DNA of 64,000 nucleotides from an uncultured Prevotella sp. (GTDB lineage Bacteria; Bacteroidota; Bacteroidia; Bacteroidales; Bacteroidaceae), in the NCBI GenBank assembly GCA_963547405.1, contig CAUURC010000005.1:3655-67654 (forward strand). Reading direction: 5' to 3'. The notes under the pieces were generated by a model. It was not told where the DNA came from. It worked only from the letters and a program-made list of their open reading frames with translations, and ran no database searches. Shown one piece after another: positions 1 to 10,049 of the stretch. The position numbers and the translations under genes were made by a program. Each line of letters starts with the position of its first letter. Position 1 is the first letter of the stretch.

Positions 1-1484
1 CGATGGCGTTGGCCCTGATTGATGTTGATTTTCTCGGTGTAGAGGGTATCGTTTCCTACCCGGTCGTTGATGAGTGCGAACTGGTGGGTGGAGTCGTTGG
101 CCATGTAGATTTCGTAATGGTCGGCATCTATCGAACGAGAGGCGTGCCAGGCCAACGTCATATTGCCGTCGACGTCGATAACCGAGCGCAGGCGCGTTGG
201 AGGAAGCGGTGGTATGAGGTCGGCAATAATCATCTGCATGGGGATGGAATGGCTCACATTGCCATTCTTATCGTAGCAGGCAATGGTTACAAGGCCTGTT
301 CGGAGTCCCTGTATATCGATCGTCACCACGCTGTCGCGGGGACTCAGCACCTTCTCGGTGAGTGGTCGCCATTGGTCGCCCAGCAGTTTTTTGTTGAAAT
401 AGCAAGGCAGGAAACCGGCAAAGTCGGGTTCGATGTTGTCTTTCTTCCATCGCAGGATGGCCTGTTTGGGCAGATTGGTCTTCTTCTCACGTAAAATCTC
501 TATCTCATACAGACGGGCCGCTTCCGGGGGGACGAGGTCGGGAAGCGTCACGCTGTGCTCCTCGGAGGGCAGCGTGCGTTCGCCGAAAGCGTCGTAACCG
601 TAGACACGATAGACGTATTTCCCCGGCTGCAGGCCACGATGGACGTAGACAGAACTTGTATCGGGAGCATTCTCGTCGCCACGCTCCATCGACATATAGG
701 GCTTCCGGTTGGCCTTATGCCACTGCCGGCTGTCGGCCATGCGCCATTCGATGTCGTAGAAACTCCAGTCCAGGGCGGGCCACGACAGCATAATATCGTG
801 CGGACCGAGGATGGAATCGGTGAGCTGAGCGCCGAAAGCAGGGCGTGGGGTCGCCTTCACAACGACATCGAGAACGCCCACGCGACGGTGATAGATCACA
901 GAATCGGGTACGAGCGGCACGATGGCATAGTCGTATGAGCGCCCGGGTTCCACTTTCCTGTCGGTATAGGCCAGACCCATGGCTTCGGCCAGGTCGATGC
1001 GTTGTTCGGCCACCACCATGGCATAGCTATAGATGTTCTGCTGCTGGTCGGCTACTTCCATAATCGACCCCATGTTTTGTTTGCGGCTTTTGGTACGATC
1101 CAGCGTCAGATCTTTGGCGCCCCACACCGTTTCGGCAGCAGCCGCGGCAAGAGAATCGTTGACGCCGAAGCGCTTCTTAAACTCGTCAAGGCTGATGGGG
1201 TGGCACTCGGCAATCGTGTCGAGCGTGGCGCCTTCCTCCTTATCGAACGATACGCGCAGAATGCGATAGCCGTAGGGCTGCGTCAGTTTCCAAGCCACGT
1301 AGTCGTCGGGAGCCCAACGCAGCGTGACACTGTTGGCCGTCGCACGGACTACTGCCTTAAGTTCGTGTACTACGGGCTTGGCTGCAGCCTGAGTTTGGCT
1401 GCTGTCAGTCCTCGCTTTTTGTGCATGCGCTGTCAAAGCCGTCAAGGCAATGAGCAGGGCTGTGATATATCTTCTTGTTCTCAT
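1..1484 (-). CDS. secreted FN3-like repeat protein; 3' end truncated by the window edge; absent from the supplied ORF track
   Basis: The minus frame is open from the ATG at 1484-1482 down to position 3. I checked that the codon-aligned + frame contains no TTA, CTA or TCA triplet. The N-terminus MRTRRYITALLIALTALTAHAQ is a signal peptide. Recurrent strands VTLRWAP, IMLSWPALD, AILRWKKD and MTLAWHAS are typical of FN3-type sandwiches. The + ORFs 3..494, 555..938 and 1002..1511 are its antisense shadow. It starts 23 bp downstream of the giant gene. Confidence 0.65.
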   Translation of the reverse strand, partial: MRTRRYITALLIALTALTAHAQKARTDSSQTQAAAKPVVHELKAVVRATANSVTLRWAPDDYVAWKLTQPYGYRILRVSFDKEEGATLDTIAECHPISLDEFKKRFGVNDSLAAAAAETVWGAKDLTLDRTKSRKQNMGSIMEVADQQQNIYSYAMVVAEQRIDLAEAMGLAYTDRKVEPGRSYDYAIVPLVPDSVIYHRRVGVLDVVVKATPRPAFGAQLTDSILGPHDIMLSWPALDWSFYDIEWRMADSRQWHKANRKPYMSMERGDENAPDTSSVYVHRGLQPGKYVYRVYGYDAFGERTLPSEEHSVTLPDLVPPEAARLYEIEILREKKTNLPKQAILRWKKDNIEPDFAGFLPCYFNKKLLGDQWRPLTEKVLSPRDSVVTIDIQGLRTGLVTIACYDKNGNVSHSIPMQMIIADLIPPLPPTRLRSVIDVDGNMTLAWHASRSIDADHYEIYMANDSTHQFALINDRVGNDTLYTEKININQGQRH

Positions 1485-1507
1485 AGTCGGAGTTTTAACA
1501 AGTTATG

Positions 1508-4500
1508 TTAGTAGAAAATCGGCTTTCTGCGCCAGTTCCGCAAGATGTAAGTATTTGCGCTGCGGGTCGCCGGACGCACATCAAATTCATTGGTTTTTAA
1601 ATTGTATCCGGAAACTTTGAATAGATTGAAGTCGTAAGATACAATAGACCGTGAAATATCCTTATCTATGTTGTTTACAACCCATTGACGTTCTGGGTAT
1701 CCGCCACGACGTCTATCCGCCATAGGTCTACGTGTATCATCGGCAACATTGATTCCATAGATATATACCATCTGTATATACGGAATGGCAACGTCGCTTG
1801 GGATATAATGGTAACGATTATAATTGCGGGGGGTGAAGTAATTCATCCAAAGAGCTTGATCCTTATCATTCAACAGATTAAAATTGATATTTTGGGCATG
1901 AAGAAGCATCATGTTATATTTTTTATCCATCTTTTCTTGAGAGCTCAGCTCGGTGTCTCCTTCAATATCCTTTATCACAAGATCATAGTATTTGGGATCC
2001 ATTCCTCCGCAAAAGACACGGAAGTCATTCATTCTATTTCTGACCTTTCCACGATTCCCCTTACCTGCCTTACCCCAAGCATATTCTGATTCCAAATGCG
2101 TTGCATATTTACCCAGATATTGCAACATCTTATTACGCATAGCCCGTAAGGTAACCATCATGATGTTAGCCGTGGCATAATCAGCTTCATACTCAGCGGT
2201 AAGTTTCGTGAACCAAGAATGTTTTTCATCCGGTTCATAGGAGTTATAACGAACCTTGGGTATAATCTGGTTGCGCAACCTATGCCCAATCAATTGATCA
2301 GAATAGGGACTATCAAGATTATAGACACCATCGTATCTTGAAAGTTCTCGACGTGAACACGGCGGGAATTTGATGGAAAGGGCAGGTGTCGATAGAATGT
2401 CTTGCTTGCAAAGTAAACTCCAAGGCATGTGGCAGCTACTGACTGTTCCATAGTTGCCCCAATAGATCATACCAAAATAAGGATCCATTTGCCAAACACC
2501 ATTCATAATAGGATTATCATTATAGGCGAAGCTTTTACTATTACCCGTATAATTAATACTATGTATATTACAATAAGTTCCTTTTTCTCCACCTATGGCA
2601 TCATAGTATTCATAGCGAGTTCCCTTACCCTCTGTTGCGGCAAAGTTGTAGTAATCAGACGTTCGGAAGATTACCCCATAGAGGTAGGTGCTATATGTGT
2701 CTTCCTTCAAAGCGACATGGAACGTACGTATCAGTTTACTGATGGTATCGAGTCCTATCTTGCCGGAAAGTTCCTTGCGATAGTCATTCATATATTTACC
2801 CAAATCTAATTGTGAATCTGAGTTTTGGTTGTTAGACTTCTGGGAACCTCCTGAACCGGTATTCTGACGTTGTTGCTGAAAAGCAAAAGCCTTCATGGCT
2901 ACGTTAACCTTATCCAAGTATTCCTTTTGCTGGGCCTTGTTCACTTGATTGAAGATCAGACGATAGTATTTGTCCGGCTTGATAAACTTGGCAAAAGAAG
3001 CATTGTTTGCTAATTGCCAGATGATATACTCATGGCTTTCGCCTCTTTCTATTCTTTCCTCTACGGGGACATTCTTGCATATTGAGCCGGCATAGCTCAC
3101 CACCTTGACTGTATCTACGCTTGGCATTTCGGGAACATCGATGGGGTCGTCATCGTCCGAACTGCTACTGCTGCTGCCGTAACCATCTAAGGGACCAGGC
3201 TTAATTCCCTCAATAGGTTTAACTCTTACATTGTCAACATCTTTACCCATCTGTTTATCTAATCCTACATATTTCTGTGGTATCTTGGGCGCTATAGTAG
3301 CCAATTCTCCAACAACAGTCATACGGAGGGATTCCATCCGGTTTTCATCGGGTGGCGCGGGCAGGTAGTCCTTTTTACTTGTTTGAACCGCGGCTGTCTT
3401 CTTTTTCTTCTTTGCACGCGATGTCTTGCTCGGCGCAATAGAGTCGGGCTGAACAATAACCAGTTCTTTCAGCTGGCTATTGGTGTTGGCGGGATCGTCG
3501 GCCACAACAGAAACCGCTTCCATATTTTCATTGACTTCTTTTCCTATGTATTTCCAGCCAGCCTGCTTCACCTCATGAGTCGAGACGGAATGGCCGACAA
3601 TCATCTGCGCGTGACCTCTTGAGACTTGCTGTGTTGAATCTTTACCATTTGCCCAGACGAATTTCCCGGTCTTAGGATCTATATAACCATGTACTACCCT
3701 ACCATCTTTGGATGTTTGTGTGCTATCTTTTGTACCTTTTACATGGACAACTTTCCCTGTTACAGGATCCTTATAGGAAAAACCCTCTTCTATCCATCTT
3801 TTCCTACGGGCTTCCGCTTCCTCGTCTTCCACTGTTCTTTGGTTTTTCCTTTCCTCTTCCTTTTTTCTCTTTTCTTCTTCTCGTTGTCTTTTCTGTTCGG
3901 CTACATAGTCATCAATTTCTTTTTGCTTTTGTGCTTTAGCCGCATCCAGTCCGACGGCCTTACCATTCTTCATCGGATAGAAGGCTCCGTCGAATTTGCA
4001 ACCAATCGCTACCATTTTCTGATCAGGAATCTCCCATTTTCCGGTTGAACTATTGTAGATTTCCAAATCAACCTGCACCTCGTGTTTATCGTCCCATTTG
4101 TCCGCTCGTGATCCGCATAGCGACAGATAAGGCTTAGCGGCTTCCTCCAAGTAAGCATCTTTGCGGAGAGAGTTTCTCCATGCGCTTTTACTGCTTTCAG
4201 CCGGCCGTGCCAACTTAACGTCGCAGATGATATCTGTCGGCAGATCACCCGTTCGGAAATAAACAATCGACGTATCGCGCCAAGCACGATGCACATCTTT
4301 ATAATTAGAGAGCGAGTCGTTGAAGATAGGATCTACCTCATAACCATTAACTAATTCCTTGGCATAACCTGTCAGCGTTAGCTTATAGAACTTATTAGGT
4401 AGCAAACGACCAATTCCTGCCAATGAGAAAGACTCATGGTCGCTGGTCTTGCTGGAGAGCTGATACGTTTTTGAAGGCGATTTATCCTTTTTGTCTTCAA

Positions 4501-7500
4501 ACTGCTCAAGCTTCATAAACTTATCCGTATGGAAGATATAGACACGTTGTGCATTGAGTGCATGCTTCATGTGATCTTCGTTACGTTTTGCCCTTTTATA
4601 AGCTTCCTTCTCATCAACCAGACGCAACTGACTGCCGATGGTCATATTGGTTGTATAACGTGACTCGGTATAGACACTAATCTTGTTGTTGTCGTCCCAT
4701 CCTTCATTCTTGTCTTCTTTACCGGGTTGTACGTCCTCAAAAATCTTGATGTCATCAAGCGGATTGGCAAAAGTAGGCATGCAGACGTGACCTGCCTTGA
4801 TTTCAACCGATCCGTTGAATTTGATGAGTCCTCCAAGCAGTTTAGCCCTAGCTTTCACCTTGCCATAGCACCACGCCGGATTGGGAAGTCCGCCTTTGAG
4901 GACGGCTCCTACCGTTGCGTCGACAATGGGCAATTTGCCTTTGAATATCCAAAGATTCAGCATCAGTCCCAGCTCACCATGCGCGTATGCGTAAATCTGA
5001 CCATTGGCATAGAAGCCATTTTTACCGGCATTACGACCATCGCCACATTTGGCTGCCTGCAGTTTCTTGAGTGCCAGATCAAAGCCGGCTATCATATCGA
5101 TTTCGGCATAACATACCACAGCATTCAGTGCCAGTTCGCCACTGACACTGGCGCCTAACATCACGCCACCTTTGGCTTTACCCTGAAATTCCCTAAACAT
5201 AGTCTCGGTCTGGCTTCGGCCGGGCGCAGCTTTGCTACCAAGGAACTCTTCTACCTTACTAGGCAATGGCGGCAGTTCTCCGTTGTCCGGAAGTTCATTG
5301 CCTAAACACAGATAGGCATCGGCCTCTATCTTGCAACGCAAATAGATAGGGCTGCTCGACTTACCCACTTGGAAATCAATGAAAGTAAAGATACAACGTT
5401 CCGCCGCTTTAGGTTTACCTAAATAGAAATGCCACTTGGTCGGGAAATCACCCTTATGGCCATCAGGTTTCATCGTAATTTTAAGCTCAATCGGAATCTT
5501 TACACCTGCCTTGGCTTTCACTCCACCTTCGGTCTTGTGTCCAGAATCATCGTCGTTCTTGGCATCAAAGCCCGCCATGTCAGCCAGTTTGTCCTCGTCG
5601 CTTATTTTGTCATAATCTACACCTGTGAAATCTTTAAACTTCTCTGTCATGTCCGCACTCGCGTCAATGGTGATGTTGAGTGTCAGCGATTTCTCTTCTT
5701 CCGTATTCACATAGGCTAATCGTGCCTTGGCTTTGATAATCGCGTCTTCCGGTTTAGTGGCATAGAGCGCGTAGACATCACCTTGGATGATGAAGTTTGA
5801 GAGTTTGTTACGCTCCTTATCATAAAGAACGATAAGCTCCATGGGGGCTGATACGAGATTGTCGGTGCCCATCGTGCTAATGGTCAGTCCTAACTTACCG
5901 CCATAACAGCCATACTTCGGATTCTTGCTAATATCGCTATTGATAAAGAAGCCGCCACTGATTCCATTGATCTGGACAGGAGGAATCTGTATGCCTGTCT
6001 TCATACTAACCGAAACATCAAATGCCGCATAAGAGTATGTGCCCTCATCGTCGCTTGATTTGGTGCGCACAGCTTCGCCCCAAGCTCCATCTACGGACAG
6101 CTTGAACAGGCCATTCATGTCGATGCTCAGGCCGCCGCTATAGCCATAACTCTTCTTCTCCTTGCCATTCACCGTCAGGGTGGTTTCTTTCATCTCGAAC
6201 GAGCCTGTAACATTGACGCCGCCGAAGCCCGACTTGATAATGGCTTTAGCAAACTGGCAGTGATCCCAGTCGAAGTCCAGATTATCAAGATCAACCTTTC
6301 CCCACAGCACGATACCCGCACCGGCCACAAGCTTGTCGTCCATGAAGCCGATACTGCCTTCGAGATTGAGACCTACAAACTTGCCATTATTGCGTATGCC
6401 TATGTCATCGAGCGTGAAAGTGAAAGAGCCTAATTTCTTTGTAGGTGAAGCCAGTTTCCACTGTCCTAAGCTGAAGAAGAAATCACCATTAGGTGACGCA
6501 TACTCATAAACAGAGTTCCCTTCAAGCTCATTTCTCGCATTCTCGATTTCTTTTTCTACATTGTCGTTCTTCTTCTCGCTGTTATTCTCGGCAGCTTTTA
6601 CCTTGTTACTTTCATTCTTACGAGCCTGCTCAACGAGTGACCGCTCTTTATCCGGTGTTCCGAAGTTGGCCAGTCGGAAGCCTGAGAACGCAACTTCAGG
6701 AACTTTCAAACCAATGAAGGTCTTGTCCTTGGTACCGTTAATCGATATTTTTCCACCCATGCACAATTCCACACGGGTTTTATTGTTTTCAGACTCTACG
6801 AAGAAGTAGGTCTGTTCCTTTTCCAGTGACATCGTAGCAAGGAAGGCGTCAAGATACAATTCCTTTTCCACCTGCTGCGTCTTAAACGTATATTTAAACG
6901 AACTGCCGTTGTCCTTCTGCGTTCTGGCAATCGCGCAGTCATAGCCTATCTTACCCCTCTCTTTTTTACCTTCCGTATTATTCTGTTTGAGTAGCGGTAC
7001 ACTAAACTGACCATTGAAGCCGGCTTTCTTGAAGTTATTCTGTAAGACATCGAAGTAGATTTCGTCTAACGATAACGACCAACCACCAACCTTACAAGTC
7101 CTCAAATCAACAATATTCTTAGCAGAGATGTTGAAGGTGATACCTGACTTGTCGAGATAAAGCCCCTTGACGCTTAGCGAAATGCGCTTGTCTTTATTCT
7201 TACCGCCTTTTCCACCCTTTTTATCGTCAGCTACTTCCACCACCGTCGGGAACTTCATCGTGAACTCGTCAAGATAGAATCCCTTCCAGACTTCTGCTGT
7301 TGCCCCCGTACTATTGAGTTTTTTAAGGTCATAGTCCTTTGGAAGCTTAAAGCCTGCCACATTGGATTTGGCCGAGTGGTCGAACGTTATACCCTTGCCC
7401 GTCGCAACGAAGGTATAGCCCGGGGCATCCTTCACCTGGAACGGATCGAGCGCTACCGTGGCTGTCCAGTCGTTCCAGCTGTACATGCGCGTGCGTACAT

Positions 7501-10027
7501 TTACTATATAAGGCGCATCAGATACAAAGTTACCGTTGCCGTCATCTTTGATCATGTCGGGGATGTTCATATCCATCTCCACGGCCAGACTGCTGATTGT
7601 ATCGGCATCCCACTGCAGATAACAACCGTCTTCGGCATTGGAAGGCTTCTTAGGAGCCTTGAAGGTGTAGTTGTATTGAGAATCAGGATCCTTGACCGTC
7701 ACGTCACTCAACAACGACAGACATCCCGCTTCAGCAAACAGTGCGTTGGGCCTGATGCACTGACGGGGCGCACCGAACACAAGCACGTCGGAAGAGGTGT
7801 AGTCGCTTTCAGGCATGACGAAGAAACCCATGACGTTCATCCAGGATGTATTGGCAGAGAACTCCGCTTTCATAATCTGAATGTCGAGCGGGGTCTTATT
7901 GATGTGCTTCGGCAACTTCAACGGCAACGTGAGCGGACCAAGTTCGGTATTGGCCATATTGTCAATCAACATACAGCCGTCCTGCAGCCACTTGTAGTAT
8001 TTAGCCAAGTCCTTATCCTTCTTCAGATAGTTTGTCAGATAACTACCATAAGTCTCGGTAGATCCCAAGAAGTCAAGCCCCCAGCTGTCGAACATGTCGT
8101 AAGGAATGAAGTTGCGGTCTACCTCGGCCGAAACAACCTTACCGTCGTATACCTGACGCTCCTTATTGATAAAGAGCGTATCGAACTTCACACTGATCTT
8201 AATCTTTGAATTCAGCGGCATCCAGGTCACGTATCCCGTTCCCTTGTAGCACTCCTTGCTTTTGCCTCCGATAGTTACGCTTATCTTCTCAATCTTCTCT
8301 ACCGTCAGGTCGAAGTCTCCCACCTTTACGGTCTTGCCCTTGAGGTTGTCATTAGAGAAGTCGCCCAACGTCTTGTCCTTGATGGCATCGGAAGCACCCG
8401 GATGACAATCGGGGAAGCGTTCGTCCAACGGTGCAAGGTAAGTAAGGTCGGCAAAGTTTCTCTCGTCTTTGCCAATCTCTATACCGTCCTTGCCGAACGG
8501 ATAGTTCACCGTGACACGCAGTCGGATCCGATCGGAGCTACCGACAGCCTTCTTCAGTTCATCCCACGGAATAGAATCGGTAAGTTCCGTAATGTCTTTC
8601 TTCACGTATAACGGCTTACTTGCCTTGAGTGAGTCTTCCGTCTGTCCCGTCTTCCACTTCCACACTTCAACCTTATAATTCAGGGTGAGCGTGTCGGATT
8701 CCGCAGCAAGGCCTTCAGACACGACAGATCGATTCCAAGCCACAGAGATAGGCTTGCCGGTCTGTAAGGTAAATGTATGAGCATCCTCACGATCGGGACG
8801 CGGATTGGTCAATACAGGCTGCGCAATATGATACTTGCATTTCAAAGTATCGGTAGAATCTTTCTGCGCCGTAGAGTCTGCTTCCTCCGCAGAGTCTGTT
8901 TGCTCCGAGTCTGTTTCCTCTGTTGTTGTTTCATTTTGGTCATAGTCGGAGCTTCCCTTTTGATTTGGAATTTCAAAAACAAGCAGTTCACTCTTTCCTT
9001 CATTCTGCAACAGTACGTAGTTGTTCTTTTCGCCCGTGTTTACCCCTATGGGTTCGGCCGTCACCTGACAAACGTACATGCCGGGAGAGCTGGCTATCCT
9101 CTTTATGATAGTCGTCGGCAGCATGCAATATGTACTGAGCAAGCCCGACCGTCGATAGACATCGGCCCCGTATTGTATGGCTTCATCGGCCGTCTGACCC
9201 AAGATGGCTTTCACGATACGCAACGAATAACGATACTGACGCTTTCCGGCACATGCCGTCATAGGCGGTAGCCATTCCAGTCTCGGTCCGAAAGGGTCGT
9301 ATTGGGTTTGCGGGAAAAATTCACCACGCCTTCTCCTATCAATATTGTTGGCGCCTTTTTTGGTCTTTTTTATACTTTCATAGGGCTTCTTCTTGTTAGG
9401 TACATGGATTTTCAAGAAATCATATTCTATAAGCGATGACGGCGCAAAGGATTGGATGAACCGTGGCGCTGAGCCCGAGTAGCAAACGTTGAACATACAA
9501 TGTCCCATGATGGGATCGCTGAGCACCTCAGGGTTACGACTGCCGGGATTATAACGATACGCCGTGATTTGTCCCGAGTAGGTGCCTTCGGGTAGCAGCG
9601 CGATGATGCCACGTGTGTAGTCCGTCAGCGTACCGCCGGTCATGCGAAGTTGGTTAACGCTGAGATGACGGAAAAGTTGCTTCTGCGCAACGATGTCCAA
9701 AACCAGTAACTTGTGAGGTAACAGAACGAGTGGCTGCTGAGGTAAAGCCTCGGGTGGCGTCGACAACGACAGTTTAGAATCCGGCGTCACCTGCTGAATC
9801 TCAAGACCCAGATAGACGTTGAGAACCTCATCGGTGACATTCTCTAAAGATATTTGGAAGTATTTGCCGGGATCGCCGATATAATTGAGCACGGCGGGAG
9901 GCATCGGGTCGTACTTAGGACTGACCATTATCTTCACCTGTCCCTGGCCCATAGCGTTGAACGTGAGGGCAACAAGAACGGTTAGGGTCGCGAGGACGCG
10001 CTTGAGGATGATATTCATTGCATTCAT
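1508..10027 (-). CDS. giant (2839 aa) secreted or envelope protein of unknown function
   Basis: A single uninterrupted 8.5-kb ORF. The N-terminal hydrophobic segment ILKRVLATLTVLVALTFNAMGQ looks like a signal peptide or anchor. Low-complexity linkers are present: acidic ETDSEQTDSAEEADSTAQKDSTD, charged EQKRQREEEKRKKEEERK, AKKKKKT and SSSSSSDDDD. The protein ends in ...KPIFY. I recognised no catalytic motif. Confidence 0.85.
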   Translation of the reverse strand: MNAMNIILKRVLATLTVLVALTFNAMGQGQVKIMVSPKYDPMPPAVLNYIGDPGKYFQISLENVTDEVLNVYLGLEIQQVTPDSKLSLSTPPEALPQQPLVLLPHKLLVLDIVAQKQLFRHLSVNQLRMTGGTLTDYTRGIIALLPEGTYSGQITAYRYNPGSRNPEVLSDPIMGHCMFNVCYSGSAPRFIQSFAPSSLIEYDFLKIHVPNKKKPYESIKKTKKGANNIDRRRRGEFFPQTQYDPFGPRLEWLPPMTACAGKRQYRYSLRIVKAILGQTADEAIQYGADVYRRSGLLSTYCMLPTTIIKRIASSPGMYVCQVTAEPIGVNTGEKNNYVLLQNEGKSELLVFEIPNQKGSSDYDQNETTTEETDSEQTDSAEEADSTAQKDSTDTLKCKYHIAQPVLTNPRPDREDAHTFTLQTGKPISVAWNRSVVSEGLAAESDTLTLNYKVEVWKWKTGQTEDSLKASKPLYVKKDITELTDSIPWDELKKAVGSSDRIRLRVTVNYPFGKDGIEIGKDERNFADLTYLAPLDERFPDCHPGASDAIKDKTLGDFSNDNLKGKTVKVGDFDLTVEKIEKISVTIGGKSKECYKGTGYVTWMPLNSKIKISVKFDTLFINKERQVYDGKVVSAEVDRNFIPYDMFDSWGLDFLGSTETYGSYLTNYLKKDKDLAKYYKWLQDGCMLIDNMANTELGPLTLPLKLPKHINKTPLDIQIMKAEFSANTSWMNVMGFFVMPESDYTSSDVLVFGAPRQCIRPNALFAEAGCLSLLSDVTVKDPDSQYNYTFKAPKKPSNAEDGCYLQWDADTISSLAVEMDMNIPDMIKDDGNGNFVSDAPYIVNVRTRMYSWNDWTATVALDPFQVKDAPGYTFVATGKGITFDHSAKSNVAGFKLPKDYDLKKLNSTGATAEVWKGFYLDEFTMKFPTVVEVADDKKGGKGGKNKDKRISLSVKGLYLDKSGITFNISAKNIVDLRTCKVGGWSLSLDEIYFDVLQNNFKKAGFNGQFSVPLLKQNNTEGKKERGKIGYDCAIARTQKDNGSSFKYTFKTQQVEKELYLDAFLATMSLEKEQTYFFVESENNKTRVELCMGGKISINGTKDKTFIGLKVPEVAFSGFRLANFGTPDKERSLVEQARKNESNKVKAAENNSEKKNDNVEKEIENARNELEGNSVYEYASPNGDFFFSLGQWKLASPTKKLGSFTFTLDDIGIRNNGKFVGLNLEGSIGFMDDKLVAGAGIVLWGKVDLDNLDFDWDHCQFAKAIIKSGFGGVNVTGSFEMKETTLTVNGKEKKSYGYSGGLSIDMNGLFKLSVDGAWGEAVRTKSSDDEGTYSYAAFDVSVSMKTGIQIPPVQINGISGGFFINSDISKNPKYGCYGGKLGLTISTMGTDNLVSAPMELIVLYDKERNKLSNFIIQGDVYALYATKPEDAIIKAKARLAYVNTEEEKSLTLNITIDASADMTEKFKDFTGVDYDKISDEDKLADMAGFDAKNDDDSGHKTEGGVKAKAGVKIPIELKITMKPDGHKGDFPTKWHFYLGKPKAAERCIFTFIDFQVGKSSSPIYLRCKIEADAYLCLGNELPDNGELPPLPSKVEEFLGSKAAPGRSQTETMFREFQGKAKGGVMLGASVSGELALNAVVCYAEIDMIAGFDLALKKLQAAKCGDGRNAGKNGFYANGQIYAYAHGELGLMLNLWIFKGKLPIVDATVGAVLKGGLPNPAWCYGKVKARAKLLGGLIKFNGSVEIKAGHVCMPTFANPLDDIKIFEDVQPGKEDKNEGWDDNNKISVYTESRYTTNMTIGSQLRLVDEKEAYKRAKRNEDHMKHALNAQRVYIFHTDKFMKLEQFEDKKDKSPSKTYQLSSKTSDHESFSLAGIGRLLPNKFYKLTLTGYAKELVNGYEVDPIFNDSLSNYKDVHRAWRDTSIVYFRTGDLPTDIICDVKLARPAESSKSAWRNSLRKDAYLEEAAKPYLSLCGSRADKWDDKHEVQVDLEIYNSSTGKWEIPDQKMVAIGCKFDGAFYPMKNGKAVGLDAAKAQKQKEIDDYVAEQKRQREEEKRKKEEERKNQRTVEDEEAEARRKRWIEEGFSYKDPVTGKVVHVKGTKDSTQTSKDGRVVHGYIDPKTGKFVWANGKDSTQQVSRGHAQMIVGHSVSTHEVKQAGWKYIGKEVNENMEAVSVVADDPANTNSQLKELVIVQPDSIAPSKTSRAKKKKKTAAVQTSKKDYLPAPPDENRMESLRMTVVGELATIAPKIPQKYVGLDKQMGKDVDNVRVKPIEGIKPGPLDGYGSSSSSSDDDDPIDVPEMPSVDTVKVVSYAGSICKNVPVEERIERGESHEYIIWQLANNASFAKFIKPDKYYRLIFNQVNKAQQKEYLDKVNVAMKAFAFQQQRQNTGSGGSQKSNNQNSDSQLDLGKYMNDYRKELSGKIGLDTISKLIRTFHVALKEDTYSTYLYGVIFRTSDYYNFAATEGKGTRYEYYDAIGGEKGTYCNIHSINYTGNSKSFAYNDNPIMNGVWQMDPYFGMIYWGNYGTVSSCHMPWSLLCKQDILSTPALSIKFPPCSRRELSRYDGVYNLDSPYSDQLIGHRLRNQIIPKVRYNSYEPDEKHSWFTKLTAEYEADYATANIMMVTLRAMRNKMLQYLGKYATHLESEYAWGKAGKGNRGKVRNRMNDFRVFCGGMDPKYYDLVIKDIEGDTELSSQEKMDKKYNMMLLHAQNINFNLLNDKDQALWMNYFTPRNYNRYHYIPSDVAIPYIQMVYIYGINVADDTRRPMADRRRGGYPERQWVVNNIDKDISRSIVSYDFNLFKVSGYNLKTNEFDVRPATRSANTYILRNWRRKPIFY

Positions 10028-10049
10028 AGTTATCGGTTCTTACGGCGTT

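Noticed and set aside
3-1511. Four + strand ORFs at the left edge (3..494, 555..938, 845..1063, 1002..1511)
   Set aside because: Three of them share one frame that is codon-aligned antisense to an uninterrupted minus-strand gene with a clear signal peptide. That real gene is missing from the track only because it runs off the window edge.
7376-8209. 277-aa + ORF, and many smaller + ORFs, inside the giant gene and the adhesin gene (including the repeated 91-aa ORFs at 13820 and 14420)
   Set aside because: They are antisense shadows. Their periodic recurrence simply mirrors the 600-bp tandem repeat of the minus-strand adhesin gene.
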